A stretch of 64,000 bases of DNA, from positions 32,673,231 through 32,737,230 of the forward strand of contig NC_083435.1 in assembly GCF_020745735.1 (NCBI RefSeq). Direction: 5' to 3'. Made by a program: the position numbers and the translations under genes. Below, piece after piece: positions 12,836-27,500 of this stretch. The notes beneath the pieces are model-generated. The model did no database searches and was not told where the DNA came from. It saw only the letters and a program-made list of their open reading frames with translations. The first letter of the stretch is position 1, and each line of letters opens with the position of its first letter. The stretch comes from Hemiscyllium ocellatum. Lineage: Eukaryota.

Positions 12836-15339
12836 TTCTGTATTCACCAATATGTTACTTGCTTTGTTCGTATACTCTGAATCATGCTTTGAAGCCATAC
12901 ATTCCCAGGCAATTTATTTTCTCCGTTGTGGAATGTCCTCTGAGAGAGTAGAATTGCAGCAATTTTCAAATCAGCTGTTTAATTAAAATAGATCACGACA
13001 GCTGAGCTAAATCTCTGTTGAGATAGAACATATAAACACTGATATTGATTTGGAAAACTACAAAGAGTGGGCATGGTATATGTTCTTTATTGTATACACC
13101 ATTTTAATTTTTTTGTTTTGCAACGTCCTTCACATTTCTGAGTGAGTTCAATATTTTAAATTTTAAGTATTTTAGGTCTCTCACAGAGCTCCTTAATTTC
13201 ACTTAATGATATAGTCTTCCTACTTGATCGAAGCTTGTTTTTGTTTCGATACCACGAATACAAGTGTTAAAGAGACGTCTCAGTATGTTTTGCCAAACAC
13301 GTAGATATTTTGCTCTCTAATCATCGACTTCCCATGGTATGGCGTGTGCATAGTTCAACTGAATCAGCTCATTATGTAGTTTTATTTCTGTCGCATATTT
13401 CACTACTTCATTTGCTTTTTAAAGAAATTAGCTTGTACTTACGTGTAAGTCGTTGTTAAAATGAGCACAGCATGAGCAATTTGTTACGAATTACGAAGTG
13501 TTAACTTCCCAGAACAAGCCGTCAACATTCCGAAGAAATCCACTCAATTTTGTTCTGATCTTGTTCTGTACCAACTATATTTACAATTAAACTGGATAAA
13601 AGATTACTCCAGGAGACTTAACAAAAGAATAAAACCATAAGTTTCATCTTTGTTTGAACCAATTGTGATATTTTATTGCTGAAGTTAATATAGCAATGAA
13701 GTCTTCGTACATATATGACTTTTTTCCAACACCCAGAATTAACGTGGTTAGCTTGGATATTAATCTGTCATCAAAAAGCACTCGGTGCACATCACAAAAC
13801 CAATGACTCAGAACATATCCACGGATATATTAGTAGCTGCCATTAATGACAATGTAAGTCAGCAAACTTTCGTTAAACTTCAATAGGGAATACAGATATT
13901 CACCTTTGTTGATTTGGTCTTGAAACTCTCTCTTCAGTGCAGTCTGTCATTGATTGTCTCAGGAACGAGTCCTGCCCTATTCAATTGCACTGCTGTCATC
14001 GAGCAATAGTCCTTTGAACTTTGAAAATGACACTTCAATACATACATATAGCAAAGCTGCAGGGCTTTTGGTTTTTTTTTGCAAACAGTTAGCTTCATTA
14101 GTAAAATATGCCCCTGCATTTCCAGTGAACTCTAGTCTTGCTGGTTAGAGATGGGAAATAAATAAATAAATTAATAAAACGTGGCCCTATCATGTTTATT
14201 TCAATACTTTTATGGCTTCCCGCAAAACACAGCCTCTCACCTTCGAAATGTTTCAGCTCCCAAACTTTTTTCTGAGTTCTGACTTCAGCTATTAGTCGCT
14301 CAGATACTACATAATTTTTTTTTTCTGACGGCACGCAGCCATTCAGTTGCCCTGAAGTTTTTCTCTGCAGTTGAGCGAAAGGCAAATTTGCTTTGCAAGG
14401 AGATTCTTTCTATCTCTCTTCATGTACCTGAATGTTATCCCAGAATCACTTCACTATTGTGTGCATGATCTTAAATGAAATAATCAATTGTATGCACATT
14501 CTTCTTTGTGGACATGTTGTACTTTATGAAACTAAAGGCATTGAGCTTGATGACCATAAATTGTCAAACTTTGTATAATATTTCCAGCGCTACAAGTCCT
14601 TGGAGCACACATACAGTTTAAAACCACAAAGAATGATCACCGCTGTGCTCTTAGTTACAAATTGATTGAAAACGTTACGCCACCTAACCACTTCAGCATT
14701 CTCCTGTTGACGATGTCATACCATCCAAGTGCATTTCCCAGCTTAATGTTGAGGTATGAGCTATTGCTTTATCTTGTAATGTAGTGGTCTCTTGAATTTA
14801 TGATACATACAATTTCACTGTCAGATTGTAATTTCAGCTATGAATGAAGCAAGGCATTTTAGATTTTAATTAGTTTTTGGATGGCAGTTCACAAGGTAAA
14901 TGTTGCCAAAAATACAAAACAAACCGTCCAAGGCATTTTTTTTCTTGGCGCCAAATCTTAAAATAAAACCAACCTTTTACAGAAATCTAGAATGCATTTT
15001 GGCTGTCATGTTAACAATTCACATAATTAACAAATTATTACAAAAACAGCTTTTCATGACACTGTGCTGTCAACAATGCCACAGTTCATCCGCACTTCAG
15101 ATATTGGTTGTTACCAATTTCGCAGCTGATTGCTGCTTGTGACGATTACAAACCACAAATCTACAATTAAACAGGCATCCACGAACTAATGCAATTTTCA
15201 TTTACATATCCACCAAATAATTGCTTTAAGGAAAAAAAAATGAGTGTTTGCATAAATGTCTACTCTGAGTTTTATTCGGTGCTACGATACATAACGTGGT
15301 GTTTTCCTCCTGGCAGATATGAGAGATCAGGTGAAACTA

Positions 15340-18300
15340 ACTGTCCTTCACGACTATGTCTGCACGAATTCTGCCTAGCTGCAGCTCATCACAGCCACCA
15401 TCGCTTGGTTAGCGTGACACCTGGACACACACTGCGGCACATATTTGTGCTGGAGAGTGTAACAGACATTAGTTACGGGGAGATGGTCACACCACAGGTT
15501 CAATCAGGTAGATGGTTGTCCATTAGGAAAAGCAGGAAAGTATTGCATGAGTCTCCTGTGGTCTTCCCTTCCTTTACAGACATACCATTTTGGACACGGT
15601 GGAGTGCGATAGGGGAGTATAACAGCGGCAGTCCTGTGGCTAAATAATTGCCTCTGCTGTAAACCATGGTCGTGGAAATTCCAAGCAACCAATAGTGATA
15701 GAAGTCGGGCTAGTTTCTGGCACAGACAGGCATTTCTTTGGCTGCATTCAAAAAGTCAGCGTGATGTATTGTTTCCCTGGTGCCTCGGTCATCGATGTCT
15801 CGTACCAGTTTCATAAAATTCTTAAGGAGGAGGGTGGGCAAGCAGTGGTCGTTGTTCACATCGGTACAAATGACATCAGTAAAGGGAGGGGTGAGGTTCT
15901 GTGGAATGAATATAGGGAGTCTGAAAGGAGGGTGAAAAGCAGGACCTCAGGAATACTAATCTATGGATTACCACTTGGGCCATGTACTGATGAGGACAGA
16001 AATGGAAAGCTAAGACAGATGAATGTGAGGCTATGTTGCTAATGTCAGACGAAAGTTGCCAGATTCTTGGATCTTTGTGACAATTTCAGCAAGTTTGGCA
16101 ACCTGTAAAATAAGTATAGATAGTATCTAATTTGGAGTGGAACAAATATCCTTACATGACTGTTCGTTAATCCTCCTTGGGAGGGTTTAAACTCGAAGGG
16201 CAGAGGGCTGGGAATCAAAGCCAGACCAGCAAGTGGAAACATTGAGGGACAAGTAGATCTTAGAACCTGTTAGTCAGAGAGGGATTAGAAACAGGGACAG
16301 CTAAATGAACACAATGGTACAAACGGGCTGAATTGTTTTTATTTCAGCGCAAGATATGTTGTATGCAAGGCAGATGATGTGGTTATACGTTAGAATTTCC
16401 AACTGCCACCGAGCATTGAAGAACAAACATGCTGGCACATCGTGAAAATGTGTAGTAATAAGGTTACCATAGTGGGTGACCTTAACTTCCCCAAAATTAA
16501 CTGCGACTCATTACAGCAAGAGGATTAGATGAGGCAGAATTTGTTAGATGCATCCAAGAGGCGTTCTTCAAACAAACTTTGCAGATTCCAACGAGAGGAG
16601 GTGACGTATTGGATCTTATTTTCACTAATGAGCAGAGCCAGGTGACTGACCTTTCAGTGGAAGAGAATTTTGGAAACAGTGATCAGAGCTCCTTACCTTT
16701 AAAGTTAACTATGAATAAAGATATGTCAGGATCTTGTGGGAAGGTAGTAATTTGGGTCATGCGGAACATGTCAGAACTAAGGAAGTGCTCGTCTGCTATT
16801 TGGGAGAAGCTGTTATCGGGAACGCCCACATTTGACATGGCAGAGTTGTTCAAAGATGTAATGATCAAAAGTGAGGACTGACATGTTCTAGTAAGACGAA
16901 AGGAAAAGGATAGCCAGGTAAGGGATGCTGGATAACAGAGAAAGCTGTGAATTCACATCAAAGGGGAAAAAGAAGCATATGTAAGGTTTTGGAATCTAAA
17001 ATCGGACACAGCCCGTGTGGAATAACAAGAAAGCAGGAAAGAATTGACGGAGCAAATTCGGGGAGCAAGAAAACGCCATGAAATTACATTGGCAAGTCAA
17101 GTTAAAGAGAATTCCAAGGCATTTTATCCATATATTAGAAACAAGAGGATGAGGGGGAAGAAGATAGACCTACTCAAGGAAAAAAAGGCAATTTGTGCTT
17201 AGGAGCGAAGGATGTGGCTGAGACCCTAAATGCGTACTTTGCGTGGTATTCACCTAAGACAAGGACGTCTAGGACAGTGAGATTAATGTGGACCATGCTA
17301 ATATGTTCGGGCATCATTAGATCAGAAAAGACGTGGCTTTCGATTTTTTGAAGAGCATTAAGGTGAATAAGTCCCTAACGACTGATGATACCTACCAAGG
17401 TTGTTGACAGTAAGAGACGAGATTGCTGGGGACTTGATAAAGATATCAAGCCATATAGAGATCCCAGAGGTCTGGCGAGTACCTCATATTGTTGCTCTGT
17501 TCACGAAGAGTCACAGGAATAATCCAGGAAACGGCAGACCAGTGAATTTCACATCAATGGTTGGGGCATTATCAGAGATAACTTATAGAGAAAGGGTTTA
17601 TGCATATTTGGCAAAGCATGGACTACTTCGGGGCAGTTAACATGGTTTGTCTGGTTCAGGTCATGTGTTACTCACTTGATTGAATTTTTCGAGGAGCTAA
17701 TGAATGTGATCAATGTTAGTAGAGCAGTGGATTTTATCTATATGGATATTAGTCACGATTCTGACAATTTCTCCCATAGAATACTCATTTAAAAGCTTGG
17801 GATGTATCAGCTCCAGGGTGAACTGGCAGATTAGATTCAGAATTGTCTTGCCCATAGAAGGCAGAGCGTTGTAATAAAGGTGTGTGTGTCTGTGCGTTTT
17901 TTTTTGGCTGGCAGTCCGTGACCTGTAGTTTTCTGCAATAATCCGTACTGGGTTCGCAAATGTACAAATATATGACTTGGATGAATATCTGGTTGGGTTG
18001 GTTAGTAAGTTTGCTAGAGTTGTGTGTAGTGTAGAAGGTCCTCAAAAGATACAGAGAAAGACCGATTAGTTGCAGATAAGAGCAAGGAAATAGAGGTAAA
18101 GACGGGTGCTACATTTTGGAACATCAAATGTTAAGGAAAATGTCTAGTTAATGACAGACTATGTACAGCATTCATGCACAGAGCGATCACAGAGTGCAAA
18201 TCCAAAGATCCTTGAAAAGGACCAGGCAAGTAGATACGATGATGAAGAAGACATATGGCAGGTTTGCCTTTATTGGTCGTGGAATTGAGTGCATGAGTCA

Positions 18301-18535
18301 TAATGCCATGTTGCAACTTTGTAAGGCTTTGGTTAGGCCGAACTTAGAAAATTGCATTCAATTCTAGTATCATGTTACAAGAAAGACATGGAGGCATTGT
18401 AGAGGGCTCCGAAGAATTTTATCAGGATGCTGCCTGGATTAGAGAGTATAGACTGTGAGGAGAGGCGAAAAGCACTCGGGTTGTTTCTCTGGAGCAGTGG
18501 AGACTTGATAGAAGTTTATGAAGTTATGTGAGGTT
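15340..18535 (+). mobile_element. Degenerate near-full-length CR1 LINE (ORF1 SGNH esterase; ORF2 APE and RT)
   Basis: VVVHIGTNDI (15695-16042), GDLNFPKIN, PTRGGDVLDLIFTNE, NPGNGRPVNFTS, LVRPNLENCIQF. Boundaries approximate. Confidence 0.88.
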
Positions 18536-19029
18536 GACAATATGTTAGTCAGCAAGTACAATCAACAGCTTCCAGTTTGTTGCGCTATTTTGTAGGACTG
18601 GAAGTATTGAAATGCTTTGTATGAAACAAATGAAGATGATAAAATTCTAGGCGACAGTCGTTCAAGACACAAAATATCCCTAGTCAGTACTATCTAACAT
18701 GATTTTTCCTTACCTGCTTCCATAAAGTACATAACTGTAATATCAGTCAAAATCAGATCCTCATGTGTATCTGTGGCAGTTAAATGATGCGTTGAAGGGT
18801 TTCCTGGGATTGGTGCCTTTGAAATGCCTTTAACGTATTGCTTTTATTTTCCAAGAACTGTCACCTGCGTTTACAAAGTTTGTCATCCATAGATAACCTT
18901 CTTGCCTTAAAATGTTCAGGTGTGGAGTATTAATACACTCAGGATAGTTCAACAAGTGCGGCTTAATTGCAAAATCACACTACACATTCGGTATATTGCT
19001 TTATTGTTTGTTTTTATAATTTGATATTA

Positions 19030-20090
19030 TTCCACATGCCAATGACACTTTGTTTTACAACGTTATCCCTCAGTTCACATTTTTATCTTTCTCCTCTCAT
19101 CTTAAAATTATGTCCTGTTGTTTTGAGCTTCTCTATCTGAAGGAAATAAGACATTTGCTGTTCATCGTATCTGTGACATTCTAGATTTTACAAACCTCTG
19201 TGAATTCCGCCCCCAAATTCCTAAACTCCGGTGAAAGAAATTTCAGCCTATCCAGCTGTTCCTTCTCACTCAAATCGTCTCATTCAGTAAAATACTTGCA
19301 AGACTTTTACATCAGAATATAAGAAGCAGGAGTAGGAGTAGGAGTAGGCCACCTGGCCCTTCGAGCCTGCTTTACCATTCAATAAGATCATGGCTGATCT
19401 TTTTCTGGACTCAGCTCTACTTACGCCCACTCACCATGCTTTTAATTTCTTTATTGTTCAAAAATCTACCTATTTCTGCCTCAAAGACGTTGGACAATGT
19501 AGCTTCAACTGCTTTACTGGGCAGAAAATTCCATTGATTCACAACCCCTTGTGTGAAGAATTTCCTCCTCAACTGGTTGTTAAATGTGGATTCCTGTTTT
19601 TGATGCTATGCGCCACCCCCCCCTCCGCCCCCCCATCGCCGCCAACCCGCGGCCCCAGCCCCTCAATAGACACACACTTTTAGTTATAACCATCAGTGGA
19701 AACAAATTTCCTGTTTCTGTCTTATCCATTCTCTTCATACTTTTCTATATTACTATACGATCCTCCCATCATTATTCTTAAGTCTAATCAGTATAGCCAC
19801 AGTCGACTTAAACCATCCCCATAAAACAATGCTCTCAACTCCACAATCTATCTCGTGAACCTTCTTTTCATCCCTCCAGTGCCAGTAACTCATTTGTCAA
19901 ATAAGGAGACAAAAATTGAACACAGTTCTCCAAGTGTGGCCTGGAGCATAAATTCTCTATTTTAAGCTTCATTCTTCTACCAATGAATGACAATATTTTG
20001 TTTGCTCTCTCAATTGCCTACTGCATCTGCAAACCAACGTTTTGTCATCCAGGCACAGGACACCCATGTCCCACAGCATATTAGCATGCG
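19030..20090 (-). mobile_element. CR1-family 3' fragments
   Basis: Reverse-complement CR1 3' end (aggagtaggccacctggcccttcgagcctgc...ccattcaataagatcatggctgatct) and RT tail. Boundaries approximate. Confidence 0.75.
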
Positions 20091-22289
20091 CTTTTCTGTG
20101 CAATTGCCAAATCAGTAATGATCTTCCGATAGCAGGGTGATTAGAACTTTATACAGAACTTGAAAAGTGGTCTTACTAATGTTCTGCACAAGCAGAAGAC
20201 GTTTGTAGAGGTCACACATAATTTTGATGATTAAGCTGGAGTCCTCAGTCCAGTCGTAATAGATAACTCTTCTTGCATCTTAACGCATCACTCACCATTG
20301 CTTCGCATAGGCTTCACCTCCTCAGTGCCAAATTATGGATAGGAATCAATGTCACTGTTCGCTACAGTCACCATTGACAGCCTTTATGATTTGTCTCCTG
20401 AACTCCGAAGAGGGGTATTAAACTGGCTGTAACCAATCACGATGTAACTTTGCCTAAGTTAAGTTGGTCACGTTTCACTGGCACTTCTTGTGAGAAATTT
20501 GAATCATCAGAACATTTCACGTTTTGAGACTGCTCCATCAGTCAATGTGGTCATCGATGATCATCCAGCTCAATACAATGTTCTAACTTTCTGCCCATAT
20601 GCTTTGATCCCTTTAGATATAATAAATGTACCTAAATCTTTCTTGACAGCGTTCCTTATTTTGGCCTCAACTACTCCCTGTTCTAGCTAATTCCACAGAC
20701 CCACCGTTCGCTGAAAGAAATTTTGCCTGAACTTGTGCCCTTAATCGAATTTCCCGTGTCTTTAGATGCATCCCCTTGATTTGGGACTCTCTGGTTTTTA
20801 GGAAATGCTTTCTGCATTTATATTAGTCCTCATCAAAATTTGTACGTTTTTCTGAGTTTCCCCTTTCCCCATAACCGATTCTCCAAATATCCAGTGGATA
20901 TCGTCCTACGCAATCTCTTTTTTACTTCATATATTTACCTGGTCATCCAGAATAATCTCCGAAATTGCCATTGCACTTCACTAAAGAAGCAGACGGAAAC
21001 TACACACAATCTTGCCATTTAGGTCTCATAACAGTGCTGGCGCAAGTACAATGGAGCATGACATCCTGTTCATCTGCCTGAATCATTTCACTATGAAGAC
21101 CAACATATCATTTGAATATTTCCATTAAGATTTAGAAGAATGAATGATATTTTAAACAATACAACATGCTTCTGAGATCTGACAGGGTTGATGACTGTCC
21201 TTGTGTGATCGATTAGAAAGGGAGATACAGTTTTAGAATTAATTGCTTTTATTTTCGTGTAAACTGGAGTGGAGGAGAGTGTTATTTCTGTCTGAAAGTG
21301 TGATGAGACTGTAAGTAACTCATTAGCACATATCTTTAGAGGCAGATTCATTTTTTTATTTCATATTTCTACGATGGAGTAGCTAGGCTTTTCACAAACA
21401 ACGGGGTCAAATTTCATGGGAGCTCAGTGGAGTGTTAGTTCAGCGCCGCAATCAGTTGTTAAATGGATTTTATTGAATAGACAAGCAGGCTTGAGGGAAT
21501 TAATAGCCGACTCCTGCTCCGACTTCGAATGCTTGCGTATACAGCTTAAACCTTTTCCTTTGGATAGAACACCAATCAGGTGATGTCAATTTGAAACTGG
21601 TGAGTACAAACCAAAAAAATGACATTGTCCTAAGTATCCTGCAAAATGTAGTCTGAGTCCAGAACTTGAAATAAATGGTAGCGCCAAGCTTTCGATCCTG
21701 TCACTACAACCATTTATCCTTTGTCTATCCACCGATAGTCATAAAACGATTTTACAAAGGTTATAAATTTAAGTCAGACTCAAATTTCTTTTCAAGGGTG
21801 TCGTCAGGTAGTACTCAGCTTCTCACACGAATATAGTACTAGAGATCCAGAAAATCTAGAAAAGTGGAATAAGCTGGAAATACGGATTAGCTCATGCAGC
21901 AGTTTTAGAAACAGAAACTAAATTAACTTTTATCACTTCTAACTGGGGTACTGCAGCCATATTAAGAGTATTCGCCAGTATGCGTCCCTGGCCTTACACC
22001 AAATTAGTACTTCTGGTTAGACAATGACATAAACTGCATTTTTTTTTAAAAATGCAAAGTTTTGATGTAGAAGTCAAATTCAGGTCGGACAGCAATGTAA
22101 TAACGCTGATAACCAAAACTCTCCCAAAAGTAATTGCTCATTGAATCTCAAAACTATGCTATGTTCAAGCAGAATCCTCAAAACCTTCAGCACACAGCAT
22201 CTCTGTCAAACTAAAAATGGCAGCTTAGGTTGACATCTGCTATACTTCTTAACTAGCCACTGATTCCATGCTTTGCTGTGATTTTTGGA

Positions 22290-23955
22290 GCCACAAAGTC
22301 ATGCTGCAGCTGTCCAAACCTCTGTTGCAGCCGCACTTGGAGTGTTGCATACAGTTCTGTTCACCACATTATAGGAAGGATGCAGAAGGTCTGGAAACGA
22401 TGCAGAGGAGATTTACTCGGGTGTTGCCTGGTATGAAGGGAAGGCTTTATGAGAAAAGCCTGAGGGACTTGGGGCTGTTTTCGTTCAAGGGAAGTTTGAG
22501 AGGTGAGTTAATTGAAACATTTAAGATAGTCAGAGGGTTAGATAGAGTGGACAGTGAGAGCATTTTTCCTTGGATGGTGATGGCAAGCACGAGGGGACAT
22601 AACAACATTGAGGGGTTATAGATATAGGACAGAGATCATTGTAGTTTGTTTACTCAGAAAGTAGTAGGGACATGGAATGAACTGCCTGCAACAATAGAGT
22701 TCTTAGTGACAATGAACAATTTAGTTTATTGGTAGTTAATAAAGCGCAACTGGCATTTGTCTGGGAAAGAATAAAACTGTCAGAAGCATTTTAATATCCC
22801 AAAGCTAAATGATGGCGATATTCATTAAACTACCTGAGATGATGGGAGTAGTTGGGGCTGACAATAGAGTAGTCCTTTATGCATTGTGTGTTTACTGGAT
22901 GGAATGCACAGATGAGGTAGATGCGGCCCGCAATGACAACAATGTTGCATGTAATTATTGAAAGTCAAAAGACAATAGAAAATAGGTGCAGAGTAGGCCA
23001 TTTCTGCCGTTAAGCCAGCACGACCATCATGGCTGATCATCCTCAATCAGTATCCTATTCCTGCCTTACCCCCATAACCCTTGATTCGACTATCCTTCAG
23101 AGCTCTATCCAAAAGATTGAAAAACGTTGCATTTCGGAAGATCCAGTGTCATTGATCCTCCGATCTGACCTATTATTAAGAGGGCAGCAGGGATCCAGGA
23201 GCAAATTAGATTTAGGTGGTCTCTGGCCTCTGCTACATTTTTGGTACACAGGACTACAGACTCATCTTTGATGTTTCTCCCGACAACACGTATCTATACA
23301 TTGTTTTGGCGATGTGCATGAGATTTTGGTAATACCGAGACATTGTTTTCATGGTATACATCTTCGCATATAATACATTTTTAAGCAGTTGTAGCAGATA
23401 TGAGGAAAGATACTTGGCTCAGTGATATGCACACATATTTCATGCGTGCAAACGCTGCACTACAATAAGAGTTCTGTCACCTTCTAATATAGGAAATATA
23501 CGAAGCAGTTCAGGAACACTTTGGCATGTTCGTAGAATCTCAGCTGCCTGTAAGCTTAAACTAAATACCCTTCATGACTGGGTTTTAAAAATCATGCAAG
23601 TTAACAGAAACTAATGATTAGATTGTGATCTTCGTGATCCTGGGTATTTTTTTAATTATATGGCTAGAGATGCAGGAAGAATGTTCCTAACGATTGGAGA
23701 GTCCAGAACCAGGTGTCATAATTTAAAGGTTCTGTGTACCCCACTTAAGATTGAGATTAGCAATAATGCCATCAACCAGAGATTGGGAAGCCTGTGGAAT
23801 TCTTCAAAACAGAAAGTGATTGAGGTCAAATCATTCAATGGTGTCAAGGAATTACTTGTTGTTCTTAGAATTAAAGGGTTCGAGCATTGTGGGAGAAGTT
23901 GAGAATAGAGTACTGTGTTGTTTCATCAGCCATGATCATATAGAATGTCGGAGTG
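22290..23955. mobile_element. Cluster of short CR1 fragments (+ 22290-22700, - 22968-23115, + 23655-23955)
   Basis: LLQPHLECCIQFCSPHYRKD; gagtaggccatt...atcatggctgatcatcc; GESRTRCHNLK. Confidence 0.75.
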
Positions 23956-24599
23956 CAAATGGTTGGGGGAGGAGTAGGCGGAGAGGGGGCAGAATAGACA
24001 ACTACTGTTCATATTTTATGTATGTCCATTATTAAGTCACACGATATGAGGTATGGGAACAGTGTCTTTTTTTCCATGAGAGTCACAATAAGACCTTAAA
24101 TAATACAAGGTTAAAAAGGAGAAAAGACCAAAAACTAGAACAGTCAGCATTGAGACATCAATTCATCTCCAGTGGAAAGGCAGAAATGCTTTGGACGCTG
24201 TAAATCTAAAATAAAATAGATAATTCTGAAATGCACACGAGCTTGGGTTGCATATTTAGAGAGACAGAAACAGTTTTTGCTTCAGTTCAAGAACATTTCA
24301 TTTGAACTTATTGTATGCGAATTCTAAAGTGAATTATCTGCAATAATGCATGGTTTAAAGAATTGCATTATGTGCTTTGTTTTGAAGACAAGTTTTGAGC
24401 CATTTGTGATTTTCCGTCTCTTCTAAACCAATAAAAAAACACATCTAAGGCCTTTTCTATAAAGTTGGAGCAATAGAAGTAGTATGAATGAGTGAAATCA
24501 AGTTCCCACTGAACCAAGATTTTAGTGTAGCTTTCAGTAGTTGCTGTAGTTTTGAAATTCATAATGGAACTGTCATAACACTCTCTTTCCTTCTGGTCT

Positions 24600-27500
24600 G
24601 AAGAAACTGGAGAAATATATTGGAATATTTGATGATTAGTAGTTAAGTATTGCGTTATTGTTTTTGGTTTTCCAATAGACTTAAATTTATACCAATTCTT
24701 AATACTTCCGTTTGCATTTTAACTGTACAGTAATAATAAAATGTATTTCGTTTAATGCTGAGTCATGTACCCAATCTAATTAAATCTGGAACATAACACC
24801 TTATATTTGCTGCGAAATAAGATCAACATTACTGATGAATCTATCTAGTTGACGTTTCTGAATAGGTTCGGTATGGTCCATCATAAACTGGAGGCTCGTG
24901 TTAGGAACAAAATATCTCATTCCAGATTGAGTTTAGGATTCTTAAACTCAAAGACAGTGAGTGGTGTTGGTGATTTTATTTCCAGTGTTGAATTCGGTTC
25001 GGTTTTCCAGTGTGCCTTGTGCAATTGTGCCTCGTTCAGTTGCTAACAGTCACTTTTTAGTGTGAAAGATAATTGACAGCAAGTAAGCAATGTTAAGCAT
25101 TCGGAATTTGCAAGCAAGTTGAAGTTGGAATTGCCTGTGTTTGTGAGGGAAGAGGAGATAGTTGCAGCAACAGCTCTGAATTTACAATTGCCAGGAATGC
25201 AATCAGAATAATTGGAAACTGGAAAAGAATCAATTGCGAATAAAGCAAACTGAATTGCAGGTAATGACAAGGCGGGAAAAAACGAAACGTTTTTGCCCTT
25301 GAAGAATAAAACGGAGGAAAGGAAATTAACAGTTTTAATTACGATTAACCACAGATGAAAAACAAAAAAAGGAAAAAGAACAAAAAGGAAAAGAAAGGAT
25401 AGTCCTAGCAGATGAAAGCGAGACAGCCAGAGAAGAGAGGGAATAAATGAAACACTTTTGAACTTAAGATGTTGGCAATGAAAGAAGAAAGTCGGCTTAA
25501 AATGGCAAAGGCAAAGATAGAAAATGGGGCAGTGATGGAGACAGTGATGAAGAGCAAAGACACCACAACGAAAAGCCTGATTGTCTCTTTAAATATGTCC
25601 AAGCTTTACCTAAGTTTGAAGACAAGATGGGAAAGTTCTTTTTTTTCATGATGGAGTTGCTAAAGTAATTAAATGACCAATGACCATATTGTTAATTCAA
25701 ACAAAATTTGCAGGTAGAGTTAGTAAAGTGCTCTGCATCACTATTAGAGGAGTTTTCCAAAGATTCTGAATTTCCTGCAAAACCATCTTGTGTGCATTTG
25801 AGCTAGTGCCAGAAGCTGACGGGCCATATTTGAAGAATCTAAGGAGCGAACCTTGTTAAATGTACGCATCATTTCAAAGAATTAAACAAAGTAACTTCAA
25901 TAGATGATTTGGGGATTGAAAATAGATTAGACACGTGATGGTCTCAGAGTGGCCGTTGTTTTGGAGGAGTTTGACAATTCAGTTTCTAAAAAGTGCAAAA
26001 CTCATATGGAAGGGTAGAGAGTGACAACTGCAAAATTAGCAGCAGACATTACACATGATTATAAGCTATTTTGTAAGTTTTTTTGTTCTGATATCAATTT
26101 CAATTTGTGGGGACAGATGTTCGAGCAAGGAGAAATCTTCAGGTAGTAAAGGAAAAATAGATCTCATTAATGATAGTAAAGACAGTTTATCACAGGTTAG
26201 AAATGAAACTCTAAAGAGGAAAAGATAAATAAAAAGCCTCAGGTGTTCCCACTGTAACTAAGCAGAACATATGAAGTCGCAGAGTGGCTGATTTAAAAAT
26301 GATATTGGGAAGACAGATTGGTAAACTAGAAATAGGCAGTCGGGTTCCTTAACGTGGTAAAGATTCCAGTGAAAGCTAAAGAGCTGCAAACAAACGAATA
26401 GCATGGTCATGGGTTGACTCGTAAGAATGTACAAGATCTCGTTAAAGAATTTAGCTGCGTGGGTAGGTTTTGATCAAGTGTACCAGGATAAGTGGGTTAA
26501 AAAGAAAGAACATTTTCAGAGGTAAATACCCAAGTCAATCTTTGCTGGTGAGAGAAGAGGATGTAGGTACTTTAGAAGAAGTATTTCCAGCGAAGACAGT
26601 AATATGTGGAATTCATGGTGAGAAGAGAAGCATTCAATTCCATAAGTTGAGACTGAATAGTCCGATTAAAAGTGATAAAGTGAGGATTTTCAAAAATAAT
26701 GGAACACTTTATCTTTGGGATATTATAACTCGATCACAGCTGGAAGTCATGTCTATTGCGATTGAAAAGCCAGTGGAAAATGAGGCAAATGAGATGCCGC
26801 AGGCAGTGTACCCTGGGATTACTTCTGAATGTGTGGTGACAAGGTCACAAAGGCACAGATTGAAACTGGAGCAGAAATCAAAGAATAAAGATAAGCAAGT
26901 TGAAATTCAATGGTCAGAAACTGTATTTGATAAAATAGTCGAGAAATAAATAAAAAAAAACAAGAGGTGAAAGATGAAGAGGATATTGTCAGTTGAGAGG
27001 GATTTGTACACTTACAACAAAAAGAAGAAAAAGTAAAGTAGTTGTCTCAAAACCAAATTTAGAATATGAATTTGAGAGCATTACGGAATGTTACTACCTT
27101 AAACTGAAGGATGTGTAACAAGTAGGAGGTCATTTTGGGTTAAGGAGAACTCAAGTCAAACTGGCGAAAGAATATATTGGCATGGACAGCACAGAGATGT
27201 ATTTGAATGTTGCTGGATATGTCATACTTGATAAGTAACATCAGCACCTCAGGCATTGATAAACCAGTACCATTATTACTTATTCTGGTATTTGAGCAAA
27301 CGTTTGCAAGAGTCTTCATCGATTTTGTAGTATACCTCCCTAAAACAACAAATGGAATTCAATAATTGTTGACTGAAACTGATGTGTCCACGAGGATTCT
27401 GGAAGAAATTCTATTACACAATGTTGCAGCTATAAGTATTGTAGAAGATTTTTTTTCTTTTATTATATATCACTTTCCAATGGAAATATACTCAGATCAG

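Noticed and set aside
22820-22960. Harbinger-like transposase fragment (LPEMMGVVGAD)
   Set aside because: Only a faint motif resemblance; no supporting motifs or terminal inverted repeats seen.
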